A stretch of 63,955 nucleotides of DNA, counting the filler. It is 9 parts of 9 records of this genome, joined end to end, with 100 filler letters (N's around TTAATTAATTAA, not from the genome) between each part and the next. Parts side by side here need not be neighbours in the genome. Positions count along the whole stretch, not along the records: positions 7,411 to 19,306 come from SRR31147125_71520; positions 19,407 to 26,460 come from SRR31147125_71521; 7 more parts are not named here. One strand, 5' to 3'. The notes beneath the pieces were generated by a model. That model was not told where the DNA came from and did not search any database. It saw only the letters and a list, made by a program, of their open reading frames with translations. The number at the start of each line of letters is the position of its first letter. The first letter of the stretch is position 1. Shown in pieces: positions 10,138-20,851 of this stretch. The position numbers were made by a program, and so were the translations under genes.

Positions 10138-11069
10138 TTAAAACGGTGTGGGATCTTGATGAGTCGACTGTCGCAGAGCGTGTCCTATGATCTGCGCGAC
10201 GTCCTTGGCGTCGTCGAGGGCTTTGATAAAGAGCGGGAAATCATGGACCTGACCCGGGTAGTGAAGAAGCGTTGCGTCGACCCCGGCTTGATGCAATCGC
10301 TCATGGTAGTATCGTGCTTCTTCAGCCAGAGGGTCGAGCTCCGCAGTGACGATCAATGCCGCGGCAGGCCGAAAAGGGTTTCGGCCAGCAGCGGTGATGC
10401 CAGGGGCTGTTCCGCGTCGAGCGGATCGCGGAAATAGTAGCGGCTGAAGGTTTGGCTGTTCTCAGGGGTCAGGAGCGGGTCGTTAAGACGACTGATTTTT
10501 TCTTCGAGCGGGGTTTTTTGGTCGAGCATGGGGCAGATCAAAACCTGCTGCGTGATCGGCAACTCCTGCCTCTCCCGGTTAAGTAGGCAAAGGGCTGCCG
10601 CAAGCGTTCCACCAGCGCTGTCGCCGGCGATCACCAGCCGGTCACTCAGACTGTTGAGAGCAACGTCATTGTCGCAGATCCAGGTCGCGACCCTGTAACA
10701 CTCTTCGAGTGCAAAGGGGAACTTGTGCTCCGGGGCAAGCTTGTAGTCAACGCTGATGACAAGGGCTCCCGATTCGCTGGACAGGGCGCGGCACAGGTTA
10801 TCCGAGGTGTCCGGACTGCCGATGCTGAAGCCGCCGCCGTGCATGTAGAGAACCGGCAGGAAAGGACCAGGTCCTGAGGGGGTATAGATTCTGACCCGGG
10901 AGTGTTCCGTTCCGGTGTCGATCTCGACGTCATCGATGGTTCCGGCGTAGACCACTCGAGAGGCCATTCGCGAGCGCCGAGTTTCAAGCGCTCGTGCTTT
11001 GTCGATGTCGTTGATTGGCAATGGTGGTGCCTGAAGGTAGGCTTTGATGAATTTCTCTTTTTTCATCAC
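10138..11069 (-). CDS. Alpha/beta hydrolase (HSL-family esterase), frameshift near 10360
   Basis: HGGGF, GDSAGG, then AELDPL and YPGQVHDF in the next frame. Confidence 0.88.
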
Positions 11070-12003
11070 CGGCGCCAGTGTTTTGGAACACTGTGAGAAC
11101 GGGCGTAGCGCTCCAGTTTGTCGTACAGCTTTCCGGATTCGCTCTGTTGCGTCAGGATGAAGTCTTTAACCCTCGCATAACTTGAGGTCAGGCGCGAATA
11201 GGGCGAATCATGCCGGTCGATCATCGCGGCCTGTTCCTTCCAGAAATTCCTGTAGAAGTTCAGTTCCCTGAAGTTCCGGCGCCACCAGTTGCTGTTGCGA
11301 CCGGCCGGGCGATCTTTAAGTGAAGAGCGTTTCGTCGCGATCAGGCGCCTGTTTTCGGAGTCGATGGTCAGGGCATACTGCGACAGAATATCCATACCGA
11401 CCAACCCCTGGTAGGCAGAAGACGTCTCCCTGATAATGTGGGCCGGAATGAACTGCTCGGAGAGCTGATCGCCGATGGTGATCCTGTCAACAATGGTCTT
11501 CGCTGCGGTCTCCCGACCACCGATCCCTGAAATCAGGACCAGCATATTGTCGCCGTCCGGATCGAAGAGTCCGAGGCGTGAAGCCAGGCTCGTGGAAATC
11601 ACCAGCCCGGGCGAGCCGGTATCAACCAGGATCGGTGCAGTAATCTGGCCGTTGAATGTGATATTGACGATCACCCGGTCTGCGAGCCCTTCCCGGGCGA
11701 CAAAGGGGATTGATACCTTGTCGGCTGTTGCAGGTTTTGGTTTGCCTGTGTTGACAGCAGAGCTGTTCTTCCTATTATCTGAGGGGACGATGTTCCGATG
11801 CCGCTCGTGTCCATTCGGCTTCCAGGATTATTGCGCAGGTGTTCCGGCATGTCGCGTGGCGAATCGGAAAAGTGCCATTTTCCATCAGCGTCCCGCCAGC
11901 GGTAAATCTCGGCCTGTGAATCCCAGGCTGGCCAGAGAAAACAGAGCAGGAGCAGAAGGAGCGCTGTCATAGAAAAGTGTCGGAGCACGGGAGGTCGTCT
12001 CAC
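11066..12003 (-). CDS. Exported DUF4124-domain retropepsin-like aspartyl protease, frameshifted
   Basis: Signal peptide plus AEIYRWRDADGKWHFSDSP (DUF4124); ILVDTGS and GLVGMDIL in the downstream frame. Confidence 0.78.
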
Positions 12004-12014
12004 GAAAACAGCCT

Positions 12015-13541
12015 CTACTTCGGTTCCGATTTTTCCGCCTTGATGACAACGTCGATACGGCGATTAATAGCTCGGCCTTCCCGCGTGTCGTTAGGCGACA
12101 GAGGTCTTTCAGAGCCGTAGCCGATGGCGGTGACCTGCTCAGCAGAGAGGGTGCCGTTGGCGATAAAATACTGGCGCACGGCCTCGGCACGCTTTTGTGA
12201 CAGCTGCTCGTTGATCGTTGCAGAGCCGGTGCTGTCCGTGTGTCCTTCAATGACCACCTGTGGCTCGCCAAAGGTTCGGATCGCTTGACGTACCTGGCTC
12301 AAGAGCGGGTAGTTGTCGGGCATGATCAGGTCTTTTCCGATCGGAAACTGCATGGTTTTCAGGCGGATGACGAGGTTGTCTACCTGTTTGTAAACTTCAG
12401 CCTGATCAGATGGGAACAGCGCCTGAACCTCGGTAAACAGTTGCTGGAAGCGTCGCTCTGCTGCGAGACGTTCCATCGCTTCCTTCTCCTTCAGTGCCAG
12501 GGCTTCCCGCTCTTTTTGAACCTTGCGGCTGTCGCCTTCCAGATTCGCGATCTGTTTGCGCTGTTCATCCAGGGTCTGCTGAAGCGCCTTCAGCTCAGTC
12601 GCGGAGGCCAAGCTCTCCTGATGGCGCAAATCTTTCAGGGATTTGTTGTCATCGAGCAGGGAAATAATCGACTGGATAATATTTTCCAGTTGCAGATCGG
12701 TTGATTCATTGCGCAGATCCCGGGCGCCGAGATGCTCGGTGATCTGTTGCAGGCGGGCTTCACTCCACAGGGACAGTGCTTCTGGGTCCATTGAACTGAG
12801 TTTTTGACTCAAAGCCATGATCTGTCCGACACGCTGGGCCTGAAACAGGGCAAAGTTGGCTTTCTCCTGCATTTTCTCCCGTTCGTAGCGCTGTTCCGTG
12901 ATGAATCGATCCGCATCGTTCAGGGCTTTTTGGGCCACGGCGAGGATCGTCGGAGTCATCTCATCGGCCCCTTGACGCTTGGCTTCCGCAAGCAGTTTGC
13001 GGACTTCACCGAGTGTGTTCTCCTTGATTGCGCGAAGCTCCAGGTCGGCATACTTCTCGGCCACCCGTTCTTCATATTTTTGGGCCCGGCTCAGGTTGTC
13101 ACTCTCGATATCCATGGTCAGGCCGATGAATTCATTTTCGAGACCCTGATAATCCAGGGTGAAGACTGCGGCCCCTGCGGTGTTGGCCAGGTCACGTGCT
13201 TTAATCGCTTTCGGGATCGTCGCTCTGGCGACCTCAGCGTATTCCTGTGCCTTATCGAAGTGAGCGCGGCCGTAAGCAACATTGGTCAGGATGGTGTTGA
13301 TCGAATCATTGTGCGCAAGGCCATATCGAGCCTTGTCGAGATAACGTTCCGCCTTGGTGTACCAGGTCGGAGAAAGAACATGGATCTGTTGACTGCGTCC
13401 CTTGTTCAATGATTCTTCAAGTTCAAAAATTTTGCTGCTGGGATTCTCTGTCAGTTCAATCGGCTTAACCTCGAGTTGGGGTGTCGAGCACCCAGCAACA
13501 AGCAGGAAAAGCAGAAATATTCCGAAATGCCTGAGGGTCAT
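12015..13541 (-). CDS. OmpA-family lipoprotein with a long helical/coiled-coil N-terminal region
   Basis: Lipobox LVAGC; C-terminal IEGHTDSTGS...NEQLSQKRAEAV...GRAINRRIDV. Confidence 0.9.
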   Translation of the reverse strand: MTLRHFGIFLLFLLVAGCSTPQLEVKPIELTENPSSKIFELEESLNKGRSQQIHVLSPTWYTKAERYLDKARYGLAHNDSINTILTNVAYGRAHFDKAQEYAEVARATIPKAIKARDLANTAGAAVFTLDYQGLENEFIGLTMDIESDNLSRAQKYEERVAEKYADLELRAIKENTLGEVRKLLAEAKRQGADEMTPTILAVAQKALNDADRFITEQRYEREKMQEKANFALFQAQRVGQIMALSQKLSSMDPEALSLWSEARLQQITEHLGARDLRNESTDLQLENIIQSIISLLDDNKSLKDLRHQESLASATELKALQQTLDEQRKQIANLEGDSRKVQKEREALALKEKEAMERLAAERRFQQLFTEVQALFPSDQAEVYKQVDNLVIRLKTMQFPIGKDLIMPDNYPLLSQVRQAIRTFGEPQVVIEGHTDSTGSATINEQLSQKRAEAVRQYFIANGTLSAEQVTAIGYGSERPLSPNDTREGRAINRRIDVVIKAEKSEPK

Positions 13542-13751
13542 GGAGCAATCCTTTCTGTTGATACTGATACGCATGATTTTAATGAAACATGAGAATCATA
13601 GCACAGCTCGGATCGCTGCCAAGTCATAAGGCACCAAGTATTCGTGATTTATTGATGGAACACAGGACCTATGAGTGTGTAAACGGTTTCTTCGCATGTG
13701 GGCACTTGAGATGTGGCCTGTCCGTGATTTAATTGTAATAGGAGCCGTGTT

Positions 13752-14552
13752 ATGCGTTTCGTGCTTTACAATATCCGTTATGCGACCGGACTGAAGATGC
13801 GCGGGTTCGTTCGCTCGTCACAAAATCGTCTGGGAGAAATTGCTGCTTTCTTGAGTGCCCTTGAGCCGGATATCGTTGGCCTGGTCGAGGTCGATGAAGG
13901 CTCCTTTCGGATGCGCAAGAAGAGTCAGGTGGAACTGCTGGCCGAATCTCTCGGGCACTATCATTCCTATTCCTGTAAATACGACAAAGCTTCTTTCTGG
14001 CGGCGCGTTCCGGTTTTCAACCGACAGGGCAACGCGTTTCTGGCCCGAGATCGGATCCGGAATGAAACCTTCCATTTCTTCGACCGGGGAATGAAGCGGT
14101 TGGTGATCGAACTGGAATTGGAGCATCTTGTCGTGTATCTGGTTCATCTTGCACTGGGTGGAAAGGCGCGCCATCGACAGCTGGCAAACCTATATGACCT
14201 GGTGAAAATGACGGATAAACCCTGCCTGGTGGCCGGAGACTTTAACATGCTCTGGGGGGAACGGGAGATTGATCTCTTTCTCGCTGCAACGGGGTTACAG
14301 AGCGCGAATAGTGACGGAATGCCGACATTCCCCAGCCATCGACCGCATCAGCATCTCGACTTTGTCCTGCATAGTAAGGATATCAGGGTTCAGCATTTTC
14401 AGGTTCCCCAGATTGTTTTGTCTGATCACCTTCCGCTGGTGGTTGATTTTGATGTTCGGGTCAAGCGGGACTTGAGGGCGACCCGCCGTCCTCCGCACTG
14501 CTCCTGCGAAGAGCGCCTTGAGGCAAAAATTATCGGAGTTCCCGGGATGTAG
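13752..14552 (+). CDS. Endonuclease/exonuclease/phosphatase family protein
   Basis: YNIRY, DIVGLVEVD, VAGDFN, LDFVL, SDHLPL. Confidence 0.9.
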   Translation: MRFVLYNIRYATGLKMRGFVRSSQNRLGEIAAFLSALEPDIVGLVEVDEGSFRMRKKSQVELLAESLGHYHSYSCKYDKASFWRRVPVFNRQGNAFLARDRIRNETFHFFDRGMKRLVIELELEHLVVYLVHLALGGKARHRQLANLYDLVKMTDKPCLVAGDFNMLWGEREIDLFLAATGLQSANSDGMPTFPSHRPHQHLDFVLHSKDIRVQHFQVPQIVLSDHLPLVVDFDVRVKRDLRATRRPPHCSCEERLEAKIIGVPGM

Positions 14553-14886
14553 AGACGTCCGGGCTGTTCGGGGGTGCGCTCCAGAGGCAGGTTGTCAGAT
14601 CGACCTGGTCGGGCCCGATAAAGGAAACGCCTTCCAGAAGGAGCAGATCCTTTTGCAGGGTGTCGCCATCACCGTCATTTCTGCGGCTGATTCTGCCTCG
14701 CGCATTGACCACGCGTTGCCAGGGGACATCACTGCCTCTGGGCACTGCTGCCATGGCAAAACCGACAATGCGGGCTGTCGTGCCGACGCTTGCGGCAATA
14801 CGCCCGTAACTGCTGACTTGGCCAGGTGGAATTTGGCGAACCAGGTTGTAGATACGTTGGTAGAGAGGGGAGACTGTCGATGCCAT
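14530..14886 (-). CDS. Alkyltransferase-like protein (ATL, MGMT family)
   Basis: IPPGQVSSYGRIA...ARIVG...VPWQRVVN; Trp replaces the catalytic Cys of PCHR. Confidence 0.85.
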   Translation of the reverse strand: MASTVSPLYQRIYNLVRQIPPGQVSSYGRIAASVGTTARIVGFAMAAVPRGSDVPWQRVVNARGRISRRNDGDGDTLQKDLLLLEGVSFIGPDQVDLTTCLWSAPPNSPDVSTSRELR

Positions 14887-14994
14887 TGTGTTTCTCCTGC
14901 GGCGCTTCAGATTTTTTTCAGAGATGAAGGCTAGTTTAAAGAAAGGTGGCGACAATTTAAACCTGAATATTGTGGTGAATCCGGTTAGGGGGGC

Positions 14995-15846
14995 ATGAAA
15001 AGGTTAATGATCGCAGCGCTCTTATTCGGCTTGCTGTGCGCATCTGGGGGAATGTGTCAAAAGTCTTGTGCGGAACCGATAAGACTGATGTTGCCGCAGG
15101 TTTTTTCGGAGCAGGATGTCAGCGGGTGGTGGATGAGCGAGAAGCTGGATGGAGTTCGAGGTTACTGGGACGGACGGCAGCTGTATTCCAAACGCGGGAA
15201 GGTTTTTGCACCACCGGATGAGTTTCTCTTGAATTTTCCGCCTTTCGCTGTCGAAGGGGAATTGTGGGCAGGGCGTGGCCGTTTTGAACAAACGGTTTCC
15301 AGCGTGAATCGTGAACAGGCTCATGACGGTTGGAGACAATTGAAATTCGCCATTTTTGACGTGCCGCAAGAACAGGGTCCATTTCATAAGAGAATCGCTA
15401 AAATCAAAGTCTGGTTGGAAGAGAATCCGTCTCCCTATGTTTTTGTTATCGACCAAGTCGAGGTGCGCAGTAACGATCATCTGCACGAGGAATTGAAGCG
15501 GGTTGAAGAGCTCGGTGGTGAAGGGTTGATCGTTCGTGATCCTGATGCCGGCTACGAGGCCGGACGCAGCCTGTCGGTGTTAAAATTCAAGAGCTTTCGC
15601 GATGCTGAGGCTGTTGTTGTCGCTCACCTGCCGGGTGAAGGTCGCAACGCCGGGCGCATGGGGGCTGTTCTGGTTGAGACTGGAGCAGGGCTGCGATTTC
15701 GTATCGGGAGTGGTTTTTCAGATGCTGAGCGCGACCATCCGCCATCGGTTGGGAGCGTTGTCACCTATAAGTATTATGGGCATTACCAGTCGGGACTGCC
15801 GCGTTTCCCCACGTTCCTGCGCATTCGGCACGACAGCGACTTGTAG
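14995..15846 (+). CDS. Minimal ATP-dependent DNA ligase with N-terminal signal peptide (Lig E type)
   Basis: SEKLDGVRG (motif I), EGEL, FDVP, GEGL, OB domain IGSGFSD...PRFP; hydrophobic N-terminus. Confidence 0.9.
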   Translation: MKRLMIAALLFGLLCASGGMCQKSCAEPIRLMLPQVFSEQDVSGWWMSEKLDGVRGYWDGRQLYSKRGKVFAPPDEFLLNFPPFAVEGELWAGRGRFEQTVSSVNREQAHDGWRQLKFAIFDVPQEQGPFHKRIAKIKVWLEENPSPYVFVIDQVEVRSNDHLHEELKRVEELGGEGLIVRDPDAGYEAGRSLSVLKFKSFRDAEAVVVAHLPGEGRNAGRMGAVLVETGAGLRFRIGSGFSDAERDHPPSVGSVVTYKYYGHYQSGLPRFPTFLRIRHDSDL

Positions 15847-15888
15847 CGCAGCATCATCGCACTTCAGGTTATTCCGGTCGGAAGTTGT

Positions 15889-16226
15889 TCAACCAAGCTT
15901 CAGCCCGTTATCAACCGGGCGTTCGGGAACGGCGAGGATAACGGTTTTTTTATCCTGATAAAATCCGGTTAGAAGAAATTCGGATCGGACCGGGCCGATT
16001 TGTTTCGGGGGAAATTAACGACGCCGATAATCTGTCGGTCGAGCAGGTCCTCTTTGCTGTAGAGTTCTGTGACCTGAGCGCTGCTTTTTTTGATGCCGAT
16101 CTCGGGGCCAAAATCAGCCTTGATGATATAGGCTGGGACTCGCGCTTCGGGGAAGTCCTTAACTTCGATGATTGTTCCGGTTCGCAGCTCAACCTGCTCG
16201 AATTCTTGCCAACTGATCTCTTTCAT
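15889..16226 (-). CDS. csaA: tRNA-binding/CsaA chaperone, frameshift near 16007
   Basis: [28 protein letters not shown]; continues as [14 protein letters not shown]...VDNGLKLG* in the shifted frame. Confidence 0.8.
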
Positions 16227-16526
16227 GCTGTTCGATCCTTTGTTATTGCTTTGTGTTTGTAGCGGCCCGCCAATTGTTCCGCATCAACCCTGCTGATGGC
16301 CAGATCTTTGCGCTCTCGTTCGTTCATTGTCAACAACTGCTGACTCTGTCTACGCATGATAAAATAAGTTTTGATTGCTTGCCACAGCCATTCCATCGTC
16401 CGCTCCAGTTCGTGCTTTATGAACTGGATAGCAGAGTCTGGGCGGTTGATTCTTGTACAAAGTTGATCTGTTACCTGAATCAGTGAATGGATCGACGAAT
16501 GTAGGCATCAGCCACGGATTCAGGTG

Positions 16527-17351
16527 TCAGTGAAAAATCTGCTGTCGGTAGAGACCGGGGGGGATACCGAACTTTCGTTTGAAATGGCGGGTTAAGTGGC
16601 TTTGGTCGACAAAGCCTGTTGCCAGTGCGACGTCGACGATGGCATGTCCGCGGCAGATGAGACTTTTCGCTTTTTCCAGCCGCAATTGGACAAGATAGGC
16701 GTGTGGGGACAATCCTACTGATTGCTTGAAGGAGCGGATCAGGTGATAGGGCGTGCAGCCGAATTCTTCCGCCAGTTGCGACAGACTTGGGTTCTCATCG
16801 TAGCAGTCCTGAAACCGTTCAATGAGGCGCGCGGTTCTGTTTTCGTCGTGAGCACGAGGTGGTTTTTCAACCGGCGCAACGGCGTGGTGATCGATCAGCA
16901 GCTCAAGCAGTGAGAGGAAGGCAATTTCCTTTTCCATTAGATCCTTTGTCTGATTCAGGATCTGGTGGAGGCTGATCAAGCTGCGTCGTGATTCTTCATC
17001 GCGGTAAAACGCGGTGCGGAATTCGGTGATTCTCCGTTTGCCGTCGCTGATCTGATCGGCGACTCTTTGCAGTTGCTGTTGCGTCAGATAGAAGGTCAGC
17101 AAATTGCGGCGGTCATTGCGACAGGCGTAGTTTTCATGGACTTCGCCTGGAGCGATGATGCCGAAATGATCCGGCTGCAGGATGGATGTGTTTCCACAAT
17201 GGCGGTAGTGTTCGCCGCCGCTGCTGTTAAGCCAGATACAGTAGGCTTCGTGGAAGTGAGGGGGGAACAGGTAGTTGACGTCCGGACACGACAGCAGCTC
17301 GAGCCCTTCCAGCCCTTCCGGTTTGATGTAACGAACCTGTGGCCCACTCAT
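16527..17351 (-). CDS. AraC family transcriptional regulator
   Basis: Cupin FPPHFHE; C-terminal HLIRSFKQSVGLSP...GFVDQSHLTRHFKR. Confidence 0.92.
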   Translation of the reverse strand: MSGPQVRYIKPEGLEGLELLSCPDVNYLFPPHFHEAYCIWLNSSGGEHYRHCGNTSILQPDHFGIIAPGEVHENYACRNDRRNLLTFYLTQQQLQRVADQISDGKRRITEFRTAFYRDEESRRSLISLHQILNQTKDLMEKEIAFLSLLELLIDHHAVAPVEKPPRAHDENRTARLIERFQDCYDENPSLSQLAEEFGCTPYHLIRSFKQSVGLSPHAYLVQLRLEKAKSLICRGHAIVDVALATGFVDQSHLTRHFKRKFGIPPGLYRQQIFH

Positions 17352-17446
17352 AATCGTCCTCGTGTGTTGGTTTCTCGACCACGGACAATAACATGAAAAA
17401 AGCCCCTGCGAACAGGGCCGTTATGTCTTCCGTGGACTGCGGCGAT

Positions 17447-18259
17447 TCAGTGCGACATCAACACTGGCGCCGTCATGTACTTGAGCAGGTGGCGGCCTGT
17501 GACTCCAAGAGTCAATTGGCCGCGTCTCGACTGTGATGTCGCGCCCATGACCAGCAGGTCGATGCCGTACTCCGCGCAACGGTTGAGGAGCATGTCGCCG
17601 ACGCCCAGATCTTTGTCGATCTTGTGTTTTTCGCAAACCAGAGGCAGATTGTAGCGGTTCATATGTTTACAGATGTCGGTTTCGCCGGACAAAGCGGATT
17701 GACCGACCGCCGGATCTTCAACGGTCATGACGTGAACTTTGTCGGCTTGGCGTAGGACCGGCATCGAATCGTGAAGCGCTCTTGATGATTCCGGTCCGCC
17801 CCGCCAGGCCACCAGGATCCGCTTGATATCGTGGTTGTATTCGCCTGCGTAGGGGACAACCAGAACCGGTCGGCCTGAACCGAGGATCGCTTTTTCCGGT
17901 AGGTTGTCGGGGATAATCGGATCGGGTGTGTCCGTGTCCGTTTGGCTGAGAATCAGGAGGTCGCGGTAGTGGGCGTAAAGGTTGATGGCATTTGAAACAT
18001 CAAGTCCACTGCTCTTGCTGTCGACACAGATCCAGTCGCAGGAGATCCCTGCCGCCTCTGCTTTGTCACGAAAGTTTTTCTCGGCATTTTCCGCCTCGGT
18101 CACGTAATCGACTTTCGGCGTAAAGTAATGTGGATGCGGAACGATATAGATCCCGGTCAGAACCGATTTCTGCTGCTGGGCTAGATGCAGGGCCACCTCA
18201 AGCCGTGAGGCACAGGTTGGGCGATTGTCGATGTGGACGAGAATGTCTTTTAGGTTCAT
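17447..18259 (-). CDS. Universal stress protein (tandem USP)
   Basis: KDILVHID, SGRPVLVVP, DLLVMGA, PVLMSH. Confidence 0.9.
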   Translation of the reverse strand: MNLKDILVHIDNRPTCASRLEVALHLAQQQKSVLTGIYIVPHPHYFTPKVDYVTEAENAEKNFRDKAEAAGISCDWICVDSKSSGLDVSNAINLYAHYRDLLILSQTDTDTPDPIIPDNLPEKAILGSGRPVLVVPYAGEYNHDIKRILVAWRGGPESSRALHDSMPVLRQADKVHVMTVEDPAVGQSALSGETDICKHMNRYNLPLVCEKHKIDKDLGVGDMLLNRCAEYGIDLLVMGATSQSRRGQLTLGVTGRHLLKYMTAPVLMSH

Positions 18260-18352
18260 GTGGCTCTCTCCTGTTCGTGTCCTGATAAGGAAAGTTGTGT
18301 CGATTCTGTTTGTTCCTTTCAGCCTCTTCCCATGTGACGCCGCCGGAGCGGT

Positions 18353-18545
18353 AGGAATTCAAGACGAATAAGCGAGGAATGTTTGAGGGCTTTAGCCCGA
18401 GTTTTGCGAGCGTGTCTTGAATTCCTGGAGTGCAGGGTACCAGCTATTGCCACAGGCAATAGTGGCAAGGAGCTTGGGTGCATTTTTTTCTTACTTTGTT
18501 GTCGCATAACAACAAAGTAAGGCATCGTGCGGGGCGCAACCCCGC
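18353..18545. repeat. Multi-hairpin intergenic element (REP/MITE-like)
   Basis: 13-bp IR AGGAATTCAAGAC/GTCTTGAATTCCT; CTATTGCC-aca-GGCAATAG; 13-bp IR CTTACTTTGTTGT/ACAACAAAGTAAG; GCGGGG-cgcaa-CCCCGC. Confidence 0.65.
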
Positions 18546-18571
18546 GACCCTGTATTATCCAATGTTTCGTG

Positions 18572-19291
18572 TTATCCCTTTTTCCCTAAATACGCTTCCT
18601 GAACTTTCTCCGAAGCCAGGAGCTCTTCCGAGGTCCCTGACAGGGCAATCTTACCGACATCGAGAACGTATCCACGGTCAGCCAGTTTCAGAGCGGCCTT
18701 GGCATTTTGTTCGACGAGCAGGACGGTCACGCCTTTGTTGGCAATTTCTTTAATCTGCTCGAAGATCGCTTTGACGAGGATTGGTGCGATTCCGAGTGAT
18801 GGCTCATCGAGCAGCAGCATTTCCGGGTCGCTCATCAGTGATCGGCCGATGGCGAGCATCTGCTGTTCTCCGCCGGAGAGCGTTCCGGCCAACTGCTTAC
18901 GCCGCTCTTCCAGGCGTGGGAAGAGCTGATAGACCCACTTCAGCGTCTCCTTGTTCATTTTTGCGCGGCTGAAAGCTCCGAGCATCAGGTTCTCTTCAAC
19001 GGTCAGAATTCCGAAAACGCGACGTCCCTCCGGAGAGTGGCTGATACCGAGTTTGACGATCTTGTGGGCCGGTAGCTGGGTCAGTTCCTGTCCCTTGAAT
19101 TTGATCGAACCCGATTTGGCTTTGAGAAGCTGGCTGATGGTGCGCATGGTCGTGGTTTTACCGGCACCGTTCGCTCCGAGGATGGTGACGATTTCGCCCT
19201 TGCGAACCTCAAGAGAGATGCCCTTGATCGCAGCGATGCTGCCGTACGAGACTTCCAGGTCTTTTATTTCAAACAGGACGTCGTTACTCAT
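18572..19291 (-). CDS. livF: Branched-chain amino acid ABC transporter ATPase
   Basis: GANGAGKTT, PEGRRVF, LSGGEQQMLAIGR, DEPSLG. Confidence 0.92.
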   Translation of the reverse strand: MSNDVLFEIKDLEVSYGSIAAIKGISLEVRKGEIVTILGANGAGKTTTMRTISQLLKAKSGSIKFKGQELTQLPAHKIVKLGISHSPEGRRVFGILTVEENLMLGAFSRAKMNKETLKWVYQLFPRLEERRKQLAGTLSGGEQQMLAIGRSLMSDPEMLLLDEPSLGIAPILVKAIFEQIKEIANKGVTVLLVEQNAKAALKLADRGYVLDVGKIALSGTSEELLASEKVQEAYLGKKG

Positions 19292-19484
19292 CGTCATCCT
19301 CACTTCNNNNNNNNNNNNNNNNNNNNNNNNNNNNNNNNNNNNNNNNNNNNTTAATTAATTAANNNNNNNNNNNNNNNNNNNNNNNNNNNNNNNNNNNNNN
19401 NNNNNNAAATTGATATCAATCGTTTCATTAAATCTACCCTTAGATATTATTGTACCGACGTAATGCATTGCGTCGATACGATTT

Positions 19485-20843
19485 TCATTTTAGTTTTTTT
19501 CTAAAAAGCAGGAGCCATACAAGCAGCCACACCGCTATCGCACCCAGCGAAATAAACAGCACCAACCAGGAACCGCTCATTACGCAAAGCGGCATAGCAA
19601 TGGAGGTCCATAATCCGCCACCCATAAAAGGTTCATGTAATAATTGTTTATAACCGAATGCCGAATAGGCCGGTGTTTCTTGTTCGGGATCTACAACACG
19701 TAATAGTAGCAATCCGGTGGCTGTTACACCCATGGATTGTCCCATCTCCGCAATGGCGCGCTCGAACCAGGCGTCCGGCAGCAGTCTTCTTGCCAGGAAC
19801 ATCACGCAAAATACATTCCAAATTATTCCGATCAACACGACCAGCAATAATGGAATGATCTGCGCAGAGACCAGAGATAAATTTATCATGGCAATGGCTG
19901 ATACTACCAGAAAATCAAGAGCCGTTCCCGAAATCCTTTGTAAAATATTCCTGTCAAGTATGCTTTCAAGCTTCAAAACTTTTGAAATGAACAATTGGAC
20001 AATTAGCCCACCGATCATGGACAAAGGGAACATGGGAAAGGAAGATAAGATGCCGTTTTCCTGCATTGCAGGAGACAGTGATTCAATACCGGCGAGTCCC
20101 AGTTTTAGAAGATATCCAATAAATACCGCAACACCAACAATAGCGATATGCAAAGCCAGAGTGTCGATGGACCCGGAAAATACAGTTTGTTTTCCTGCTG
20201 AAGGTTGCTCGGCCGGATCATAAATACCAACCGTATTGCTTTCGGGAAAATCCTCAACTTTTTTCAGCTTTTGTACATGCCCTTTTCGAACCGCCCAATT
20301 CACAAGCCAGGTTCCGACGACAATGGCCGATACGATACCCAGAGTTGCAGAGGTCAGTGCATAATCTGTGCCATTTTCCCAATTGAAAGTTTTAAATACT
20401 TCTGCAAGTCCGGCAGCCGTTCCGTGACCGCCTTCAAAACCGATGGGAATGATCACGCCGAAGTATTGAGGTAATTTAAATAGCGGTGCGATGACTAAAA
20501 TAGATAAACCAATACCCACAGCATATTGACCCCAAGCCACGATCTGGCCATAGGCCAATTGTGGTCCGCTTTGTTGCCATATTTTTGATAATTTCGGTAT
20601 TCTTACACCAAGAAAGAGGCATGCGAATATGATATTGATCAGAAATCCCGGAAGTTTATTCCAACCGGCGGTCACGCCCTGTGGCATAAGATCTCCGGTC
20701 AGTTGAATAATGGCAAGGCCTATCACTCCCCCGATCACTGCAGCAGGAAGATATAAACGTTGAAGCAGTTTAATCTTTACGCGCAGGATCTTACCGATAA
20801 GCAGCAGGATACAAAGGGCTGTAAATGACAGGACAATAGCCAT
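19485..20843 (-). CDS. gltS: Sodium/glutamate symporter family protein
   Basis: LPAAVIGG, GFEGGHGTAAG, GQSMGVTATGLLLLR; multiple TM helices. Confidence 0.85.
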   Translation of the reverse strand: MAIVLSFTALCILLLIGKILRVKIKLLQRLYLPAAVIGGVIGLAIIQLTGDLMPQGVTAGWNKLPGFLINIIFACLFLGVRIPKLSKIWQQSGPQLAYGQIVAWGQYAVGIGLSILVIAPLFKLPQYFGVIIPIGFEGGHGTAAGLAEVFKTFNWENGTDYALTSATLGIVSAIVVGTWLVNWAVRKGHVQKLKKVEDFPESNTVGIYDPAEQPSAGKQTVFSGSIDTLALHIAIVGVAVFIGYLLKLGLAGIESLSPAMQENGILSSFPMFPLSMIGGLIVQLFISKVLKLESILDRNILQRISGTALDFLVVSAIAMINLSLVSAQIIPLLLVVLIGIIWNVFCVMFLARRLLPDAWFERAIAEMGQSMGVTATGLLLLRVVDPEQETPAYSAFGYKQLLHEPFMGGGLWTSIAMPLCVMSGSWLVLFISLGAIAVWLLVWLLLFRKKLK

Positions 20844-20851
20844 ATTGACTC

